Shown one piece after another: positions 9,554-18,705 of a stretch of 64,000 bases of DNA. The notes under the pieces were generated by a model. The model was not told the origin of the DNA. It saw only the letters and a program-made list of their open reading frames with translations, and ran no database searches. The stretch lies in the sequence record PP886230; one strand, written 5' to 3'. This DNA is from Escherichia phage vB_EcoM_E9.1. The first letter of the stretch is position 1, and every line of letters begins with the position of its first letter. A program made the translations under genes and the position numbers.

Positions 9554-9895
9554 ATGACTATCTCAATTGCTCAATCTAACTTTGAAAATGAAATCATCGC
9601 CCAGGCACTGCGTTTAAATGATGGTCGGGCCGAAATCAATTACGGTTTCAATTCAGGCGGTTGTGAAAAATATCAGTACTTTGTAACGGCTGATGGCGGT
9701 GTACTGGGCATCAATACAGTTATTGTAAACATACAGAAAATTAATTTCAATGATCCAGACGATAGCCAGTTTTACATCACTGGCGTAGACGTGAACTATG
9801 AGGATGACTCACTAACTGATGACCACACTGGCGAGAAGTTAGAAAGTGCATACGGTGAAGATGATTATCAGTCCGGTCCAGAAGATTTCGAATAA
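9554..9895 (+). CDS. hypothetical acidic protein
   Basis: ORF 113 aa with promoter, hairpin and SD. Confidence 0.7.
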   Translation: MTISIAQSNFENEIIAQALRLNDGRAEINYGFNSGGCEKYQYFVTADGGVLGINTVIVNIQKINFNDPDDSQFYITGVDVNYEDDSLTDDHTGEKLESAYGEDDYQSGPEDFE

Positions 9896-9991
9896 TATTA
9901 AAAAATAGTTTGACAATAGATTATAGTACTGTATAATAGTTTACATCAAGGGGAGAAAAACTTCTCCCCACTAACAGAGAGAGAAAACAAA

Positions 9992-10204
9992 ATGGCTAAT
10001 ATCCGGTCGAAATTAAAAAATGCAAAACAAGTTTTATTTTCAGATCATGAATACTTTAATAAAGATATTACAGGAGTTACAAGTATCAAGGAAGTAAAAG
10101 AAAAAACCGGCGTTTTGTGTGATGTGCGATTAGTTGGGACATTTGGGAATAACGTGCTATATCGCTGTGGTGATTACAATTTTACACTGACTATCATTAA
10201 CTAA
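9992..10204 (+). CDS. hypothetical protein
   Basis: ORF 70 aa with promoter and hairpin. Confidence 0.65.
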   Translation: MANIRSKLKNAKQVLFSDHEYFNKDITGVTSIKEVKEKTGVLCDVRLVGTFGNNVLYRCGDYNFTLTIIN

Positions 10205-10286
10205 AAATATTATCACAGTACTATTGACATAGTTTGATAGTACTGACATAATAACTTTTATCAACTACACTACTAAGGAATTAAAA

Positions 10287-10466
10287 ATGGCTATCATCGC
10301 AAAAACTGAAATCATCGGCCTGGATTCTATCATCATGACGTTTGAAGATCAAAAAGGTATGTATGTGGTTTCCTATGGTGATTATGTTCGGGAGTATGAA
10401 ACGGTAGACGAAGCCTTTGAAAGTTACATTCGCCAGGTGAATAAAGCATACGACGACTACCGCTAA
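10287..10466 (+). CDS. hypothetical small protein (59 aa), paralogue of 7131-7343
   Basis: ORF below track cutoff; SD aagga; promoter 10215-10250. Confidence 0.55.
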   Translation: MAIIAKTEIIGLDSIIMTFEDQKGMYVVSYGDYVREYETVDEAFESYIRQVNKAYDDYR

Positions 10467-10565
10467 AATATATTACCAGTACTATTAAAGATATTGACAA
10501 CGTTTGATAGTACTGTATAATAAGTTTTATAAACAGTAGTTAACTTAACCTAAGAGAGAAATAAA

Positions 10566-10709
10566 ATGATCGCACTGGATTCATTCATCGACGCAGTACT
10601 GGCAAAAACTGGCGAGGATCTGACCGCAGAACAATACGCGATGATCGAACAATGTCAACAGGACGGTAAATCGGTGAAAGATACTGTTAAGATTATCCGC
10701 AAGATGTAA
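10566..10709 (+). CDS. hypothetical small protein (47 aa)
   Basis: ORF with SD agagaga and promoter upstream. Confidence 0.45.
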   Translation: MIALDSFIDAVLAKTGEDLTAEQYAMIEQCQQDGKSVKDTVKIIRKM

Positions 10710-10714
10710 GATTA

Positions 10715-10745
10715 TAGCCCACTGGTTAACGCTGGTGGGCTTTAA
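10715..10745 (+). terminator. terminator-like hairpin containing a Chi octamer
   Basis: agcccac..gtgggct stem; GCTGGTGG at 10732-10739; weak T-run. Confidence 0.45.
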
Positions 10746-10814
10746 TTCATTACCCTATACAATGCCAGTACTAAACCGTTTATCTCGTTAGAATGCGTTA
10801 CAGGACGTTTACCA

Positions 10815-11012
10815 ATGATTAGCATGAAATCAGTACAAAAACAAATAGAAACATTATCAAAAATTAAACGTAAACAGTACTCCTTAGAATATACAATCAA
10901 TGGTAACTATCATCTAATGAAAGAAAATAATTTTATAGTCATTGATGAATCATTGCAAATCATTAGTATAGTACTGAAAGCATTAATCAATGACAGAAAA
11001 AAATTAAAATAA
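10815..11012 (+). CDS. hypothetical protein
   Basis: ORF 65 aa. Confidence 0.5.
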   Translation: MISMKSVQKQIETLSKIKRKQYSLEYTINGNYHLMKENNFIVIDESLQIISIVLKALINDRKKLK

Positions 11013-11024
11013 ACTATTGACAAT

Positions 11025-11112
11025 ATCATCCAGCACTGGCATAATACTTACACCAAGACGAGAACGTCACTAACCCATAGGGTGCACAAATGTAACTGTA
11101 TAATATTGATCA
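11025..11112 (+). repeat. promoter-containing repeat element (REP copy, variant)
   Basis: TTGACA..cataat promoter then ..ctaacccatagggtgcacaaatgtaac. Confidence 0.5.
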
Positions 11113-11343
11113 AAAAATGATCTGATCAATACTTGATCAATTTGCGTAAAGTAGTATAATTCTATGCAGTTGGTTAGACGAAAGGTTATGATTAGTAGTG
11201 CAAGTGTATAAAAATTTTCATGGTGTATCGTTCCGCACATATGGGGATGAATATGTGGTATCATGTGGATTGGAAAAAGTAAGAACAAGTAATATTATTG
11301 TCGCATTACAGTACTATAGTATTTTTATAATGAGGTTAAAATA

Positions 11344-11601
11344 ATGGCTGTAGGATTCGCGAAAGATGGGGCCGAGCAAGACGAGATTAACGCAGTGATT
11401 CAGGCCGCCGTTAACCACGCTAGAAAGCAAATTAACGCACAAATAGAATCACTGATACATTGCCTCGACTGCGGCGATATAATCCCTGAGAAACGACGCC
11501 AGGCCGTTAAGGGATGTAAGTACTGCATAACTTGCCAGGAGGATCATGATAGTACTTTTAAACGTCCCCCGCGTAATTGTTGGCATAGATCTATGAGATA
11601 A
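11344..11601 (+). CDS. TraR/DksA-family C4 zinc-finger protein
   Basis: CLDCGDIIPEKRRQA..CKYCITC matches the zf-DksA/TraR pattern. Confidence 0.75.
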   Translation: MAVGFAKDGAEQDEINAVIQAAVNHARKQINAQIESLIHCLDCGDIIPEKRRQAVKGCKYCITCQEDHDSTFKRPPRNCWHRSMR

Positions 11602-11664
11602 AAAGTATTGACAGTACTGAAAGATAGTGTATAATGTTTTATATCTTAACTGAGGATAGTAATC

Positions 11665-12021
11665 ATGGGAATACAACATATCACGCGTACTACTGACAAT
11701 GGCGAGATCACTGGCTATCAAGTACAGGGCAAAGTAGCACAATTGCAGTACTGGTTTGTGAAACGTGGAATCATTGCACCGGATCTTGATTATGACCGTG
11801 TAGCGTTTATTGATTCTCTTTATGTTGATCCTGATAGTCGGGGCAATGGTGAAGGTAACGAATTAATGAATGCCTTTATTGATGCCGCCGATGATTCAGA
11901 TTGTATCATTTTAGAATGCGATACGGGAGAAGATAACGCCTTTAATCTTAAAGAATGGTACGAAGGTTTCGGATTCGAGGTACTGATCGATAGTGAATAT
12001 CCTATCATGATTTTATCATAG
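11665..12021 (+). CDS. putative GNAT-like acetyltransferase (small)
   Basis: VDPDSRGNGEGNELM resembles GNAT motif A and EWYEGFGFEV motif B; assignment tentative. Confidence 0.5.
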   Translation: MGIQHITRTTDNGEITGYQVQGKVAQLQYWFVKRGIIAPDLDYDRVAFIDSLYVDPDSRGNGEGNELMNAFIDAADDSDCIILECDTGEDNAFNLKEWYEGFGFEVLIDSEYPIMILS

Positions 12022-12099
12022 TACTTGCATTTAGTTTTCAGTACTGTTATAGTACTTGCATCAAGGGGAAACATCTTCCCCTACTAAGAGGAAATAAAA

Positions 12100-12288
12100 A
12101 TGGAAAACTTATCAAGTATTTTAGTACAAGATGATTTCGGTAATCCTGGAAGTGCTATCATTGTTCGGGGTAATAAAGCAACGTTTGTTATTGCTGGTGG
12201 ACCAGTACAGCGTAGCATTAAAAATAATGCTGTTACCATTAATAATGTACGCTATCGCTTAGATAAAGAATTGATTCATAAACTGTAA
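12100..12288 (+). CDS. hypothetical protein
   Basis: ORF 62 aa with promoter and hairpin. Confidence 0.6.
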   Translation: MENLSSILVQDDFGNPGSAIIVRGNKATFVIAGGPVQRSIKNNAVTINNVRYRLDKELIHKL

Positions 12289-12315
12289 TATTAATTTAAT
12301 AGAGGATAACAATAA

Positions 12316-12639
12316 ATGTACATTCATACTACTATCACAAAGGAAGTCCGTTGCCAGTTCGAAAGTATTCCGGGCGTATGTTTCATCACTGGTACGTTTT
12401 CCCCTGGTGATCGTGATAATCCAGTACTGTTACAATTACGCCATCCATCATGGGATAAAGCATTTGATCTACCGTTGAATGAATTCGCAACTACTGCTGA
12501 AAAGTACATTAAAAATATTCGCGAGAATGATCGACTATTCATTAATGCTTTTAGTGATTCCGCGTTAAGCGAGATCCACGGCGTATTGGTTGCAATCATG
12601 GAATCAATGCAGAAAACTAAATTCAAACAAGGTGAATAA
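12316..12639 (+). CDS. hypothetical protein
   Basis: ORF 107 aa; SD gagga. Confidence 0.65.
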   Translation: MYIHTTITKEVRCQFESIPGVCFITGTFSPGDRDNPVLLQLRHPSWDKAFDLPLNEFATTAEKYIKNIRENDRLFINAFSDSALSEIHGVLVAIMESMQKTKFKQGE

Positions 12640-12722
12640 AAACTATTGACAATGCAACCCAGTACTGTATAATAGTTTACATGAAGGGGAGAAATGATTC
12701 TCCCCACTGAGAGGAAAGAAAA

Positions 12723-12935
12723 ATGCAAGGTCAACTAATCGTTCGTAAATGGTCTGATACTAACGAAAAACCGTGGGATGTACAATACATCGGACCGGAT
12801 GGGGTATCACGTTATCAGCCTGGCGTAACGCATAGTACTGAGCAATATGCCGCCGCTCACCGCGAACGCCTGTTAGAATCCATGAAACAGGGATTCTGTG
12901 AAAAATTCATTCAAGATCATTGGCTGAAAGATTAA
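12723..12935 (+). CDS. hypothetical protein
   Basis: ORF 70 aa with promoter and hairpin. Confidence 0.65.
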   Translation: MQGQLIVRKWSDTNEKPWDVQYIGPDGVSRYQPGVTHSTEQYAAAHRERLLESMKQGFCEKFIQDHWLKD

Positions 12936-12952
12936 TAGAAGGAGTACAGCTT

Positions 12953-13045
12953 ATGCAAATGAATCCGATGATTATTGTTTTAGCTGTACTTATGATCATT
13001 CATGCAATTGTAGAAGTATTAACGCAATCAGGAGTAATAAAATGA
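12953..13045 (+). CDS. putative small membrane peptide (30 aa)
   Basis: SD aaggagt; hydrophobic; first of three overlapping micro-ORFs. Confidence 0.4.
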   Translation: MQMNPMIIVLAVLMIIHAIVEVLTQSGVIK

Positions 13046-13215
13046 TTCAAGTAGAATTATCAGTACTGAAAGATCTGTTTTATCGGTTAGGTACTACTGG
13101 AGAGTATCCTAAAAGTGATACCGCAAAACTTTTTGTATCACTCGACTTATGGCAACGCGAACAATTAGTAATGTCCTGGCGTAAAGGTAAAGCAGATCGC
13201 GAGGTGAAAGCATGA
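13042..13215 (+). CDS. hypothetical small protein (57 aa)
   Basis: ATGA overlap with upstream stop. Confidence 0.4.
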   Translation: MIQVELSVLKDLFYRLGTTGEYPKSDTAKLFVSLDLWQREQLVMSWRKGKADREVKA

Positions 13216-13361
13216 AAGAATTCTTATTCGAAGTAGTGTTTCAAGGTGTCGGTAGTAACCAACTGATTCGCTCAAGTGGTTACAATGTTAACCAGGCATG
13301 GAATAACATTAAACAAATGTACCCGAACGCTATCACCTATCGCAACCCGAAAGAAGTTTAA
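13212..13361 (+). CDS. hypothetical small protein (49 aa)
   Basis: ATGA overlap with upstream stop. Confidence 0.4.
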   Translation: MKEFLFEVVFQGVGSNQLIRSSGYNVNQAWNNIKQMYPNAITYRNPKEV

Positions 13362-13371
13362 AAATATTTGA

Positions 13372-13452
13372 AAAAGGGATTGACTCCGGTCAGTCCCTTT
13401 GCTATTATATACGCATAGAAACAATTCAGCCCACCGGGTGCATAAATGTATC
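13372..13452 (+). repeat. promoter-containing repeat element (REP copy)
   Basis: gggattgactccggtcagtccc..ctattatat then ..cagcccaccgggtgcataaatgtatc; Chi GCTGGTGG at 13451-13458. Confidence 0.6.
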
Positions 13453-13531
13453 TATTATATGCTGGTGGCTAGTACTGAAAACTATTTTTAAAAAGTACTT
13501 GCATTGTATTTAGAATCAAGTATAATGTTTT

Positions 13532-13612
13532 ACATCAGGACGGGGAACGAAACAAGTAACCCCGTTAAGTAGTCCAGGAGTAAGACATACGAAAACCTCC
13601 CCTGATAAAATA
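13532..13612 (+). ncRNA. candidate small RNA (copy 2)
   Basis: Near-identical to 3378-3460; substitutions look compatible with the proposed stems; sits between two promoters. Confidence 0.35.
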
Positions 13613-13674
13613 GTTTGACAATAGAAATTAAACGAGTATAATACTTACATCAACCACTGATAAGGAAACATAAA

Positions 13675-13950
13675 ATGCGGATTCTACTGACAGCTAACGA
13701 AATCGAACAAGTACTGACTACTAACCTGGAAGACTGGAAACGTGAAGCAGATATCCAGGCGGTTCAATGGTTAAATGATAAGTTAACGCCGGATGACTTA
13801 AGCAAGATTGTAGATCCTCAATTCTACGAAGATATCCACGACACCGCGTTAAGCGTCGAGGATGTACTAGATAAGCACTTTATTGATACTGATTTGCAGG
13901 TTTACGGTCGTAAAAACTTTATCACTATTCACGACATTTACAATAATTAA
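13675..13950 (+). CDS. hypothetical protein
   Basis: ORF 91 aa. Confidence 0.65.
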   Translation: MRILLTANEIEQVLTTNLEDWKREADIQAVQWLNDKLTPDDLSKIVDPQFYEDIHDTALSVEDVLDKHFIDTDLQVYGRKNFITIHDIYNN

Positions 13951-14037
13951 GTATTGACAAAGTATCTTAGTACTGTATAATAGTTTACATCAAGCGAGGG
14001 GAATGGTTCCCCTCCTAACTAAAAGAGAGAAATAAAA

Positions 14038-14220
14038 ATGGCTAAGTGCACTATCTGCAAGAAAGAAATAGTATTAGTTCCAAGTGCCCGTGAACGTGCC
14101 GCTCGGTTCGGTGGCAAAGCGTCAGACTATACAAAAATGTTTACTACCCATACAGCTTGCCAGGTAGCAAAACGTTCACAAGAAAGCGTAGAATTAATGC
14201 GTAAACTTTCCAAAAAATAA
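14038..14220 (+). CDS. hypothetical basic protein
   Basis: ORF 60 aa with promoter and hairpin. Confidence 0.6.
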   Translation: MAKCTICKKEIVLVPSARERAARFGGKASDYTKMFTTHTACQVAKRSQESVELMRKLSKK

Positions 14221-14308
14221 GTATTGACAAAGTATCTTAGTACTGTATAATAGTTTACATCAAGTGAGGGGAAACGGTTCCCCTCCTAACAAAGAGAGAG
14301 AAATAAAA

Positions 14309-14632
14309 ATGGCTATGATCCTTGCCCAGAAAGTAGAATTGAAAATTGTAACCTCCTTTGACATTAACGTTAATCGGTGGACTGATTCACACGGCAATAC
14401 TTACCACTCTTGCTACGTGTCTGCGTTAATTGGCGACCGCTGGGAAGACCTGGGACACGAAACCTTTACATACGGTTACGGTACACAAGGCGAATACACG
14501 GGCTTGGAGATCATTAAAGAAACCGTTATAGGTTTCAACCCGAAAGAAAAAGTTATTCACCGCATCGAGGAAGAGATCAACAAAGAAATAACAGTTCGCT
14601 ACCACGATGTAAAACGTAAGAAAGACATGTAA
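14309..14632 (+). CDS. hypothetical protein, paralogue of 7425-7769
   Basis: ATG after leader hairpin; shared DVKRKKD C-terminus. Confidence 0.7.
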   Translation: MAMILAQKVELKIVTSFDINVNRWTDSHGNTYHSCYVSALIGDRWEDLGHETFTYGYGTQGEYTGLEIIKETVIGFNPKEKVIHRIEEEINKEITVRYHDVKRKKDM

Positions 14633-14727
14633 TAGAATCCATTTAAAGTACTATTTGACATTGCCCAGATAGTACTTTATAATAGACTCTAACTTGTAGT
14701 ACTAACTTAACTAATAGGATGTATACC

Positions 14728-15123
14728 ATGATTACTAAATTCTACGCTACCCGTGAAGCTGCCCGTATTGTTGCACGCGAGGAAGGCGAAACATTTAAAG
14801 ACATGGGCAAAGATGCACCGAAAGGTCAACGCTGGGCCGTACAGTTCAAAGAGATCTCTGATATTGTGAATTCACCGGAGCCAGTACTAACAGCAGCAGA
14901 ACTAAAACGAGCGGATTTACTGGCGTCAATACTTGATGCACAAGATGAGTTTATCGCTGATTCTGATATCAAAGTACAGACAAACCACACCGCTTGGACT
15001 CACGCGGATCACCTGGCAAACCTTAAGCGTCCAAGTGAACTGATTCGCAACCAGAAAGAGATCCGACACGACCGTAAGGGTAATCGTGTAACAGTATACA
15101 GTAAACGCCGCCAGGTTATCTAA
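14728..15123 (+). CDS. hypothetical protein, paralogue of 2511-2777
   Basis: SD agga 8 nt upstream of ATG 14728; shared FKDMG and DRKGNRVTVY. Confidence 0.7.
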   Translation: MITKFYATREAARIVAREEGETFKDMGKDAPKGQRWAVQFKEISDIVNSPEPVLTAAELKRADLLASILDAQDEFIADSDIKVQTNHTAWTHADHLANLKRPSELIRNQKEIRHDRKGNRVTVYSKRRQVI

Positions 15124-15145
15124 TAACTTGCAGTACTAACAACAC

Positions 15146-15171
15146 GGCGGGATCAGTTCCCGCCTTTTTTA
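15146..15171 (+). terminator. rho-independent terminator
   Basis: Hairpin ggcgggatcagttcccgcc then TTTTTT. Confidence 0.7.
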
Positions 15172-15184
15172 TAGGACAAACAAA

Positions 15185-15439
15185 ATGATTAAGGTTCAAC
15201 TATATAAAGATAACATCTTACGGGTACACTATAAAGCACCTCAGAGAATCATCACAAAGGCCGTACAGCTTGCTAATGAGTTTATTAATGGTAACCTATT
15301 ACCAAGGAAGTTAAGCAACGGGAAACTGCGTGTAATCGATGTGGACACTAACAACAGAATAGTAATAGAGAACACAGGAAAAATAAACCTATATGAACAC
15401 CAACAATATAATAAGAAAATAAAACTAATATCACGTTGA
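15185..15439 (+). CDS. hypothetical protein
   Basis: ORF 84 aa. Confidence 0.55.
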   Translation: MIKVQLYKDNILRVHYKAPQRIITKAVQLANEFINGNLLPRKLSNGKLRVIDVDTNNRIVIENTGKINLYEHQQYNKKIKLISR

Positions 15440-15492
15440 CAGTACTCAAATGTTTTAGTACTATATGTACATACCAACACGGGGGAAACAAA

Positions 15493-15735
15493 ATGATTAC
15501 TTTAGAAAAACGTATCAAAGAAACTACATCGCTGGTGGAACTGTTAACAGTACTCAAATGTAAAACAACACCATTCAGCACGCCGGACTTTATTAATATG
15601 GTTGATGTTAATGGTCGCTATCGTATCACGGTCGAACAAGGAGCGGCGAAAGTATTCAGTACTAAAAACACGAAGGAAGTGATCCACGCCGTTAATGTTA
15701 AAAAAGTAGTTGCCATTGATAGTAAAGTACTGTAA
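15493..15735 (+). CDS. hypothetical protein
   Basis: ATG after gggggaaacaaa; the track ORF starts upstream at 15436. Confidence 0.55.
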   Translation: MITLEKRIKETTSLVELLTVLKCKTTPFSTPDFINMVDVNGRYRITVEQGAAKVFSTKNTKEVIHAVNVKKVVAIDSKVL

Positions 15736-15766
15736 GATAGTTACATTAACTCAAGGAGAACATGCA

Positions 15767-16351
15767 ATGCGTAATTATACTAAATTCATCCGTACACTGT
15801 CAGAAATGGAAACCAACAAAGAGATCCTTTCAGCTTGTCGGTTAGCTGGCCTGGAGATCATCGGTGCTGGTTCTTCCCGTATAGTATTCGCTTTAAATGA
15901 TCGGTTAGTGATTAAGGTCGCGAATTGTGATGCGGGTGTAGAACAAAATGAAACTGAATGTAAGGTATGGAATTTTTTAGACTATGACCGCCCTCAGTTG
16001 AAACAGTACTTTGCAAAGGTGCATATGCATTTATGCGATCCTGATAATATGTTTATCGTTATGGATCGGTTGAGTACTGCAAGCAAAGGCAGCGTAAAGC
16101 ACGTTAACGCGTGCAACGAATTAAAGTATAATATTAAACGTAATGCCATTGAACGCCAGCACCGCTTTGCTGATGCACTACAACACGTTGATGATACATT
16201 ATCAACACTAACGATAAGAGATATCAGAAAACAGAATATCGGCCAGGATCGTAATGGACTTATTAAAGTACTTGATTACGGTTTAACCCGCAATATCTGG
16301 AATCAGTACTATAAAAAGCGTGATGTAGAAGCAAGTAAGGTAACACGATAA
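15767..16351 (+). CDS. minimal protein-kinase-like protein (putative Ser/Thr kinase)
   Basis: Gly-rich loop IGAGSSRIVF, VIKV lysine, IRDIRKQNIG resembling HRDLKPENI, and DYG in place of DFG; SD aaggaga 6 nt upstream. Confidence 0.55.
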   Translation: MRNYTKFIRTLSEMETNKEILSACRLAGLEIIGAGSSRIVFALNDRLVIKVANCDAGVEQNETECKVWNFLDYDRPQLKQYFAKVHMHLCDPDNMFIVMDRLSTASKGSVKHVNACNELKYNIKRNAIERQHRFADALQHVDDTLSTLTIRDIRKQNIGQDRNGLIKVLDYGLTRNIWNQYYKKRDVEASKVTR

Positions 16352-16360
16352 AAAAAGATT

Positions 16361-16465
16361 AAAAAAGGGATTGACTCCGGTCAGTCCCTTTGCTATTATA
16401 TATTCATTGAGAGATAACTCACTGACCCATAGGGTGCGGAAGTGTATCTATTATATAAGTATTCA
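16361..16465 (+). repeat. promoter-containing repeat element (REP copy)
   Basis: gggattgactccggtcagtccc..ctattatat then ..cactgacccatagggtgcggaagtgtatc. Confidence 0.6.
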
Positions 16466-16573
16466 GTACTGAAAACTATTTTTAAAAAGTACTTGCATTG
16501 TACTTAGAATCAAGTATAATGTTTTATATCGAGAGGGGAAATGGTTCTCCCTCAAAGAACAAGGAATAAAATC

Positions 16574-16795
16574 ATGACTACAATGACTTGCATTCACGCT
16601 TCAAACCTGCTTAATGATGCGGCCTTTAATGTTGAAACAGAATATCAATGTTATCGGGATGAAAATAAAAAAGTTTTTGTAGTTGATAATAATGGTTTCC
16701 ATATTGAATTGCAATCCGGCTTCACTGGCGTTGATGGTAAATCAGTATGGGGCGTACAGGATGATAAAGGCACATATCATTTTAAACGTAATTAA
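16574..16795 (+). CDS. hypothetical protein
   Basis: ATG after SD aaggaat; the track ORF from 16541 starts in the leader hairpin. Confidence 0.65.
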   Translation: MTTMTCIHASNLLNDAAFNVETEYQCYRDENKKVFVVDNNGFHIELQSGFTGVDGKSVWGVQDDKGTYHFKRN

Positions 16796-16881
16796 GTATT
16801 GACAAAGTATATCAGTACTGTATAATAGTTTACATCAAGGGGAGAATAGTTCTCCCCACACCAATAAAAGGAAACATAATT

Positions 16882-17154
16882 ATGTCTAGCTACTCCGCTA
16901 CTATGATCATTAAAGATATGAACGGTAATCCTACTTCTGCTGGTGGATCATTTGGAAACATTAATTTAGATGGTCGGTTATCCATGCAATCAGCAATCGA
17001 TGCAGCGAAAGAAGTTTTTAAGAATGAATGTACTGTTAGTAAGCTGGATTATATGGGATTTGCTATCGAAAAAACTAATCGTTTTGTGGACTACAAAAAA
17101 CCACTGATGATTGATACTAACCTGAAAGCAAACGAAGTGGAGTACTTATTATGA
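16882..17154 (+). CDS. hypothetical protein
   Basis: ORF 90 aa with promoter and hairpin. Confidence 0.65.
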   Translation: MSSYSATMIIKDMNGNPTSAGGSFGNINLDGRLSMQSAIDAAKEVFKNECTVSKLDYMGFAIEKTNRFVDYKKPLMIDTNLKANEVEYLL

Positions 17155-17342
17155 CAGTTGAAGAAGTAAAAAAAGTACTGGCAGTACTACGCTATCATAA
17201 TCATTGTAAGGTGAAGAATGATCCTGATTATCTTGATTCATCCCTGGAAGAGGATACACTACAAGCAATAAGCCATATGCAAAAAATGCTTAAGCGTATG
17301 ACCGAAAAGAACAGGCCAGACTATATCGGAAATAAAATTTAA
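17151..17342 (+). CDS. hypothetical protein
   Basis: ORF 63 aa, ATGA overlap. Confidence 0.55.
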   Translation: MTVEEVKKVLAVLRYHNHCKVKNDPDYLDSSLEEDTLQAISHMQKMLKRMTEKNRPDYIGNKI

Positions 17343-17428
17343 AAAGTACTTGCATTGTAGTTAGATTAACGTATAATGTTTTACATAGAGCGGGGGAATA
17401 GTTCTCCCGCCAGTCCAGGAGATACACC

Positions 17429-17692
17429 ATGAACACTATCGAAATCACTATCAATGCACACGTATACGACAACGTAGTACTGCAAACTACTATGACCGCT
17501 AATGATACCAGTACTTTGCGGAATACTGTTATTAGTGCCGTATGTGCCGCTATCGGTGATGTCGCCCTGGAAAATGCAAAACACGTAAACGATGGTTTCA
17601 CTATGTGCAAACGTGATAACGCAAAACATATCATCGTGGAAGGTTACGGCGGTGTAGAATTTAATGTTTATATGAAAAAAGTACTTGCATAA
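17429..17692 (+). CDS. hypothetical protein
   Basis: ORF 87 aa with promoter, hairpin and SD. Confidence 0.65.
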   Translation: MNTIEITINAHVYDNVVLQTTMTANDTSTLRNTVISAVCAAIGDVALENAKHVNDGFTMCKRDNAKHIIVEGYGGVEFNVYMKKVLA

Positions 17693-17759
17693 TAACTAAA
17701 ACAAAGTATAATGTTTTGCATAGGGGGAGATATCCTCCCCCACTAAAAGGAGTACTAAA

Positions 17760-17984
17760 ATGGCTAACTTTGATGAACTGATGCGGGAAGTAGCTAACCT
17801 GGCAGAAGAGAAGAAATCATTCGATTCTATCTATAACACCGCTCATCGTGATTCAGTACTGGCATGTAACCAGGATCAAAAAGATGAACTAATCGCCACC
17901 TATCATGAAGCATGGAAGTACTACCGACAATGGGAGAAAGAAGAAAGCGAGTCTACCATCAACGGCATCAATAATCTAATCTAA
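17760..17984 (+). CDS. hypothetical protein
   Basis: ORF 74 aa with promoter and hairpin. Confidence 0.65.
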   Translation: MANFDELMREVANLAEEKKSFDSIYNTAHRDSVLACNQDQKDELIATYHEAWKYYRQWEKEESESTINGINNLI

Positions 17985-18060
17985 AAGTTTTATTTCAGTA
18001 CTATTGACATAGCTTGATAGTACTGATGTAATAACTTTACTAACTACAAGGGGAAACATA

Positions 18061-18318
18061 ATGGAACAGTTCACACAATATCGGGTAAATCCTCAAGCTA
18101 TGGCCTACGTAGAAGACCATAAAACGTTACCAGTACTGCAACCAGTTAAAGGCCATATCTATCGTGCAATGTCGTGGTGTGCGGCCCAGGATGGCTATAA
18201 AACCGTAGCCGTGGGTATGTACTGCGGTAATGGTGAATGGTTTGATCCAAATAATCCGGTAGCCATTGACAGTACTGAAAAAATGAAATGGGCCGACTAC
18301 ATCGAAGATATTTCATAA
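18061..18318 (+). CDS. hypothetical protein
   Basis: ORF 85 aa. Confidence 0.65.
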   Translation: MEQFTQYRVNPQAMAYVEDHKTLPVLQPVKGHIYRAMSWCAAQDGYKTVAVGMYCGNGEWFDPNNPVAIDSTEKMKWADYIEDIS

Positions 18319-18408
18319 AAACTATTTGACAGTACTAACCAGTAATGTATAATGTTTTACATAGAGCGGGGGAATAGTTCTCCCGCCAATAGTTTGGAGT
18401 TAAACATT

Positions 18409-18609
18409 ATGTCTATCGCTATCTCCCTGGTTGAAGTACTGAAAGAAGCTAAAGCCAACCAGATCGACGTAAAGATCCAGGAACTACAAAACGGCTTAAT
18501 CGGCTGTACTTGTACCGCTGGTGGAGCGGCAGACTATCGAGAACACGAATCACTCGAATCACTGGTTCGGTATCTTTCCATGATCGTTGATGATTGGAGA
18601 ATCATCTAA
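18409..18609 (+). CDS. hypothetical protein
   Basis: ATG after the hairpin; the track ORF from 18352 starts in the promoter. Confidence 0.6.
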   Translation: MSIAISLVEVLKEAKANQIDVKIQELQNGLIGCTCTAGGAADYREHESLESLVRYLSMIVDDWRII

Positions 18610-18621
18610 CAAAAAAGAATA

Positions 18622-18705
18622 AAAAAGGGATTGACTCCGGTCAGTCCCTTTGCTATTATATACGCATAGACAAAAACTAGCCCACAGGGTGCATAGGTGT
18701 ATCCA
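18622..18705 (+). repeat. promoter-containing repeat element (REP copy)
   Basis: gggattgactccggtcagtccc..ctattatat then ..ctagcccacagggtgcataggtgtatc; Chi at 18739-18746 just downstream. Confidence 0.6.

Noticed and set aside
12324-12734. Minus-strand ORF of 136 aa
   Set aside because: Antisense to two plus-strand genes with promoter and SD; its product reads through the promoter hairpin.
17290-17634. Minus-strand ORFs 17290-17634 and 17381-17629
   Set aside because: Antisense to well-supported plus-strand genes; every supported gene in the window is on the plus strand.
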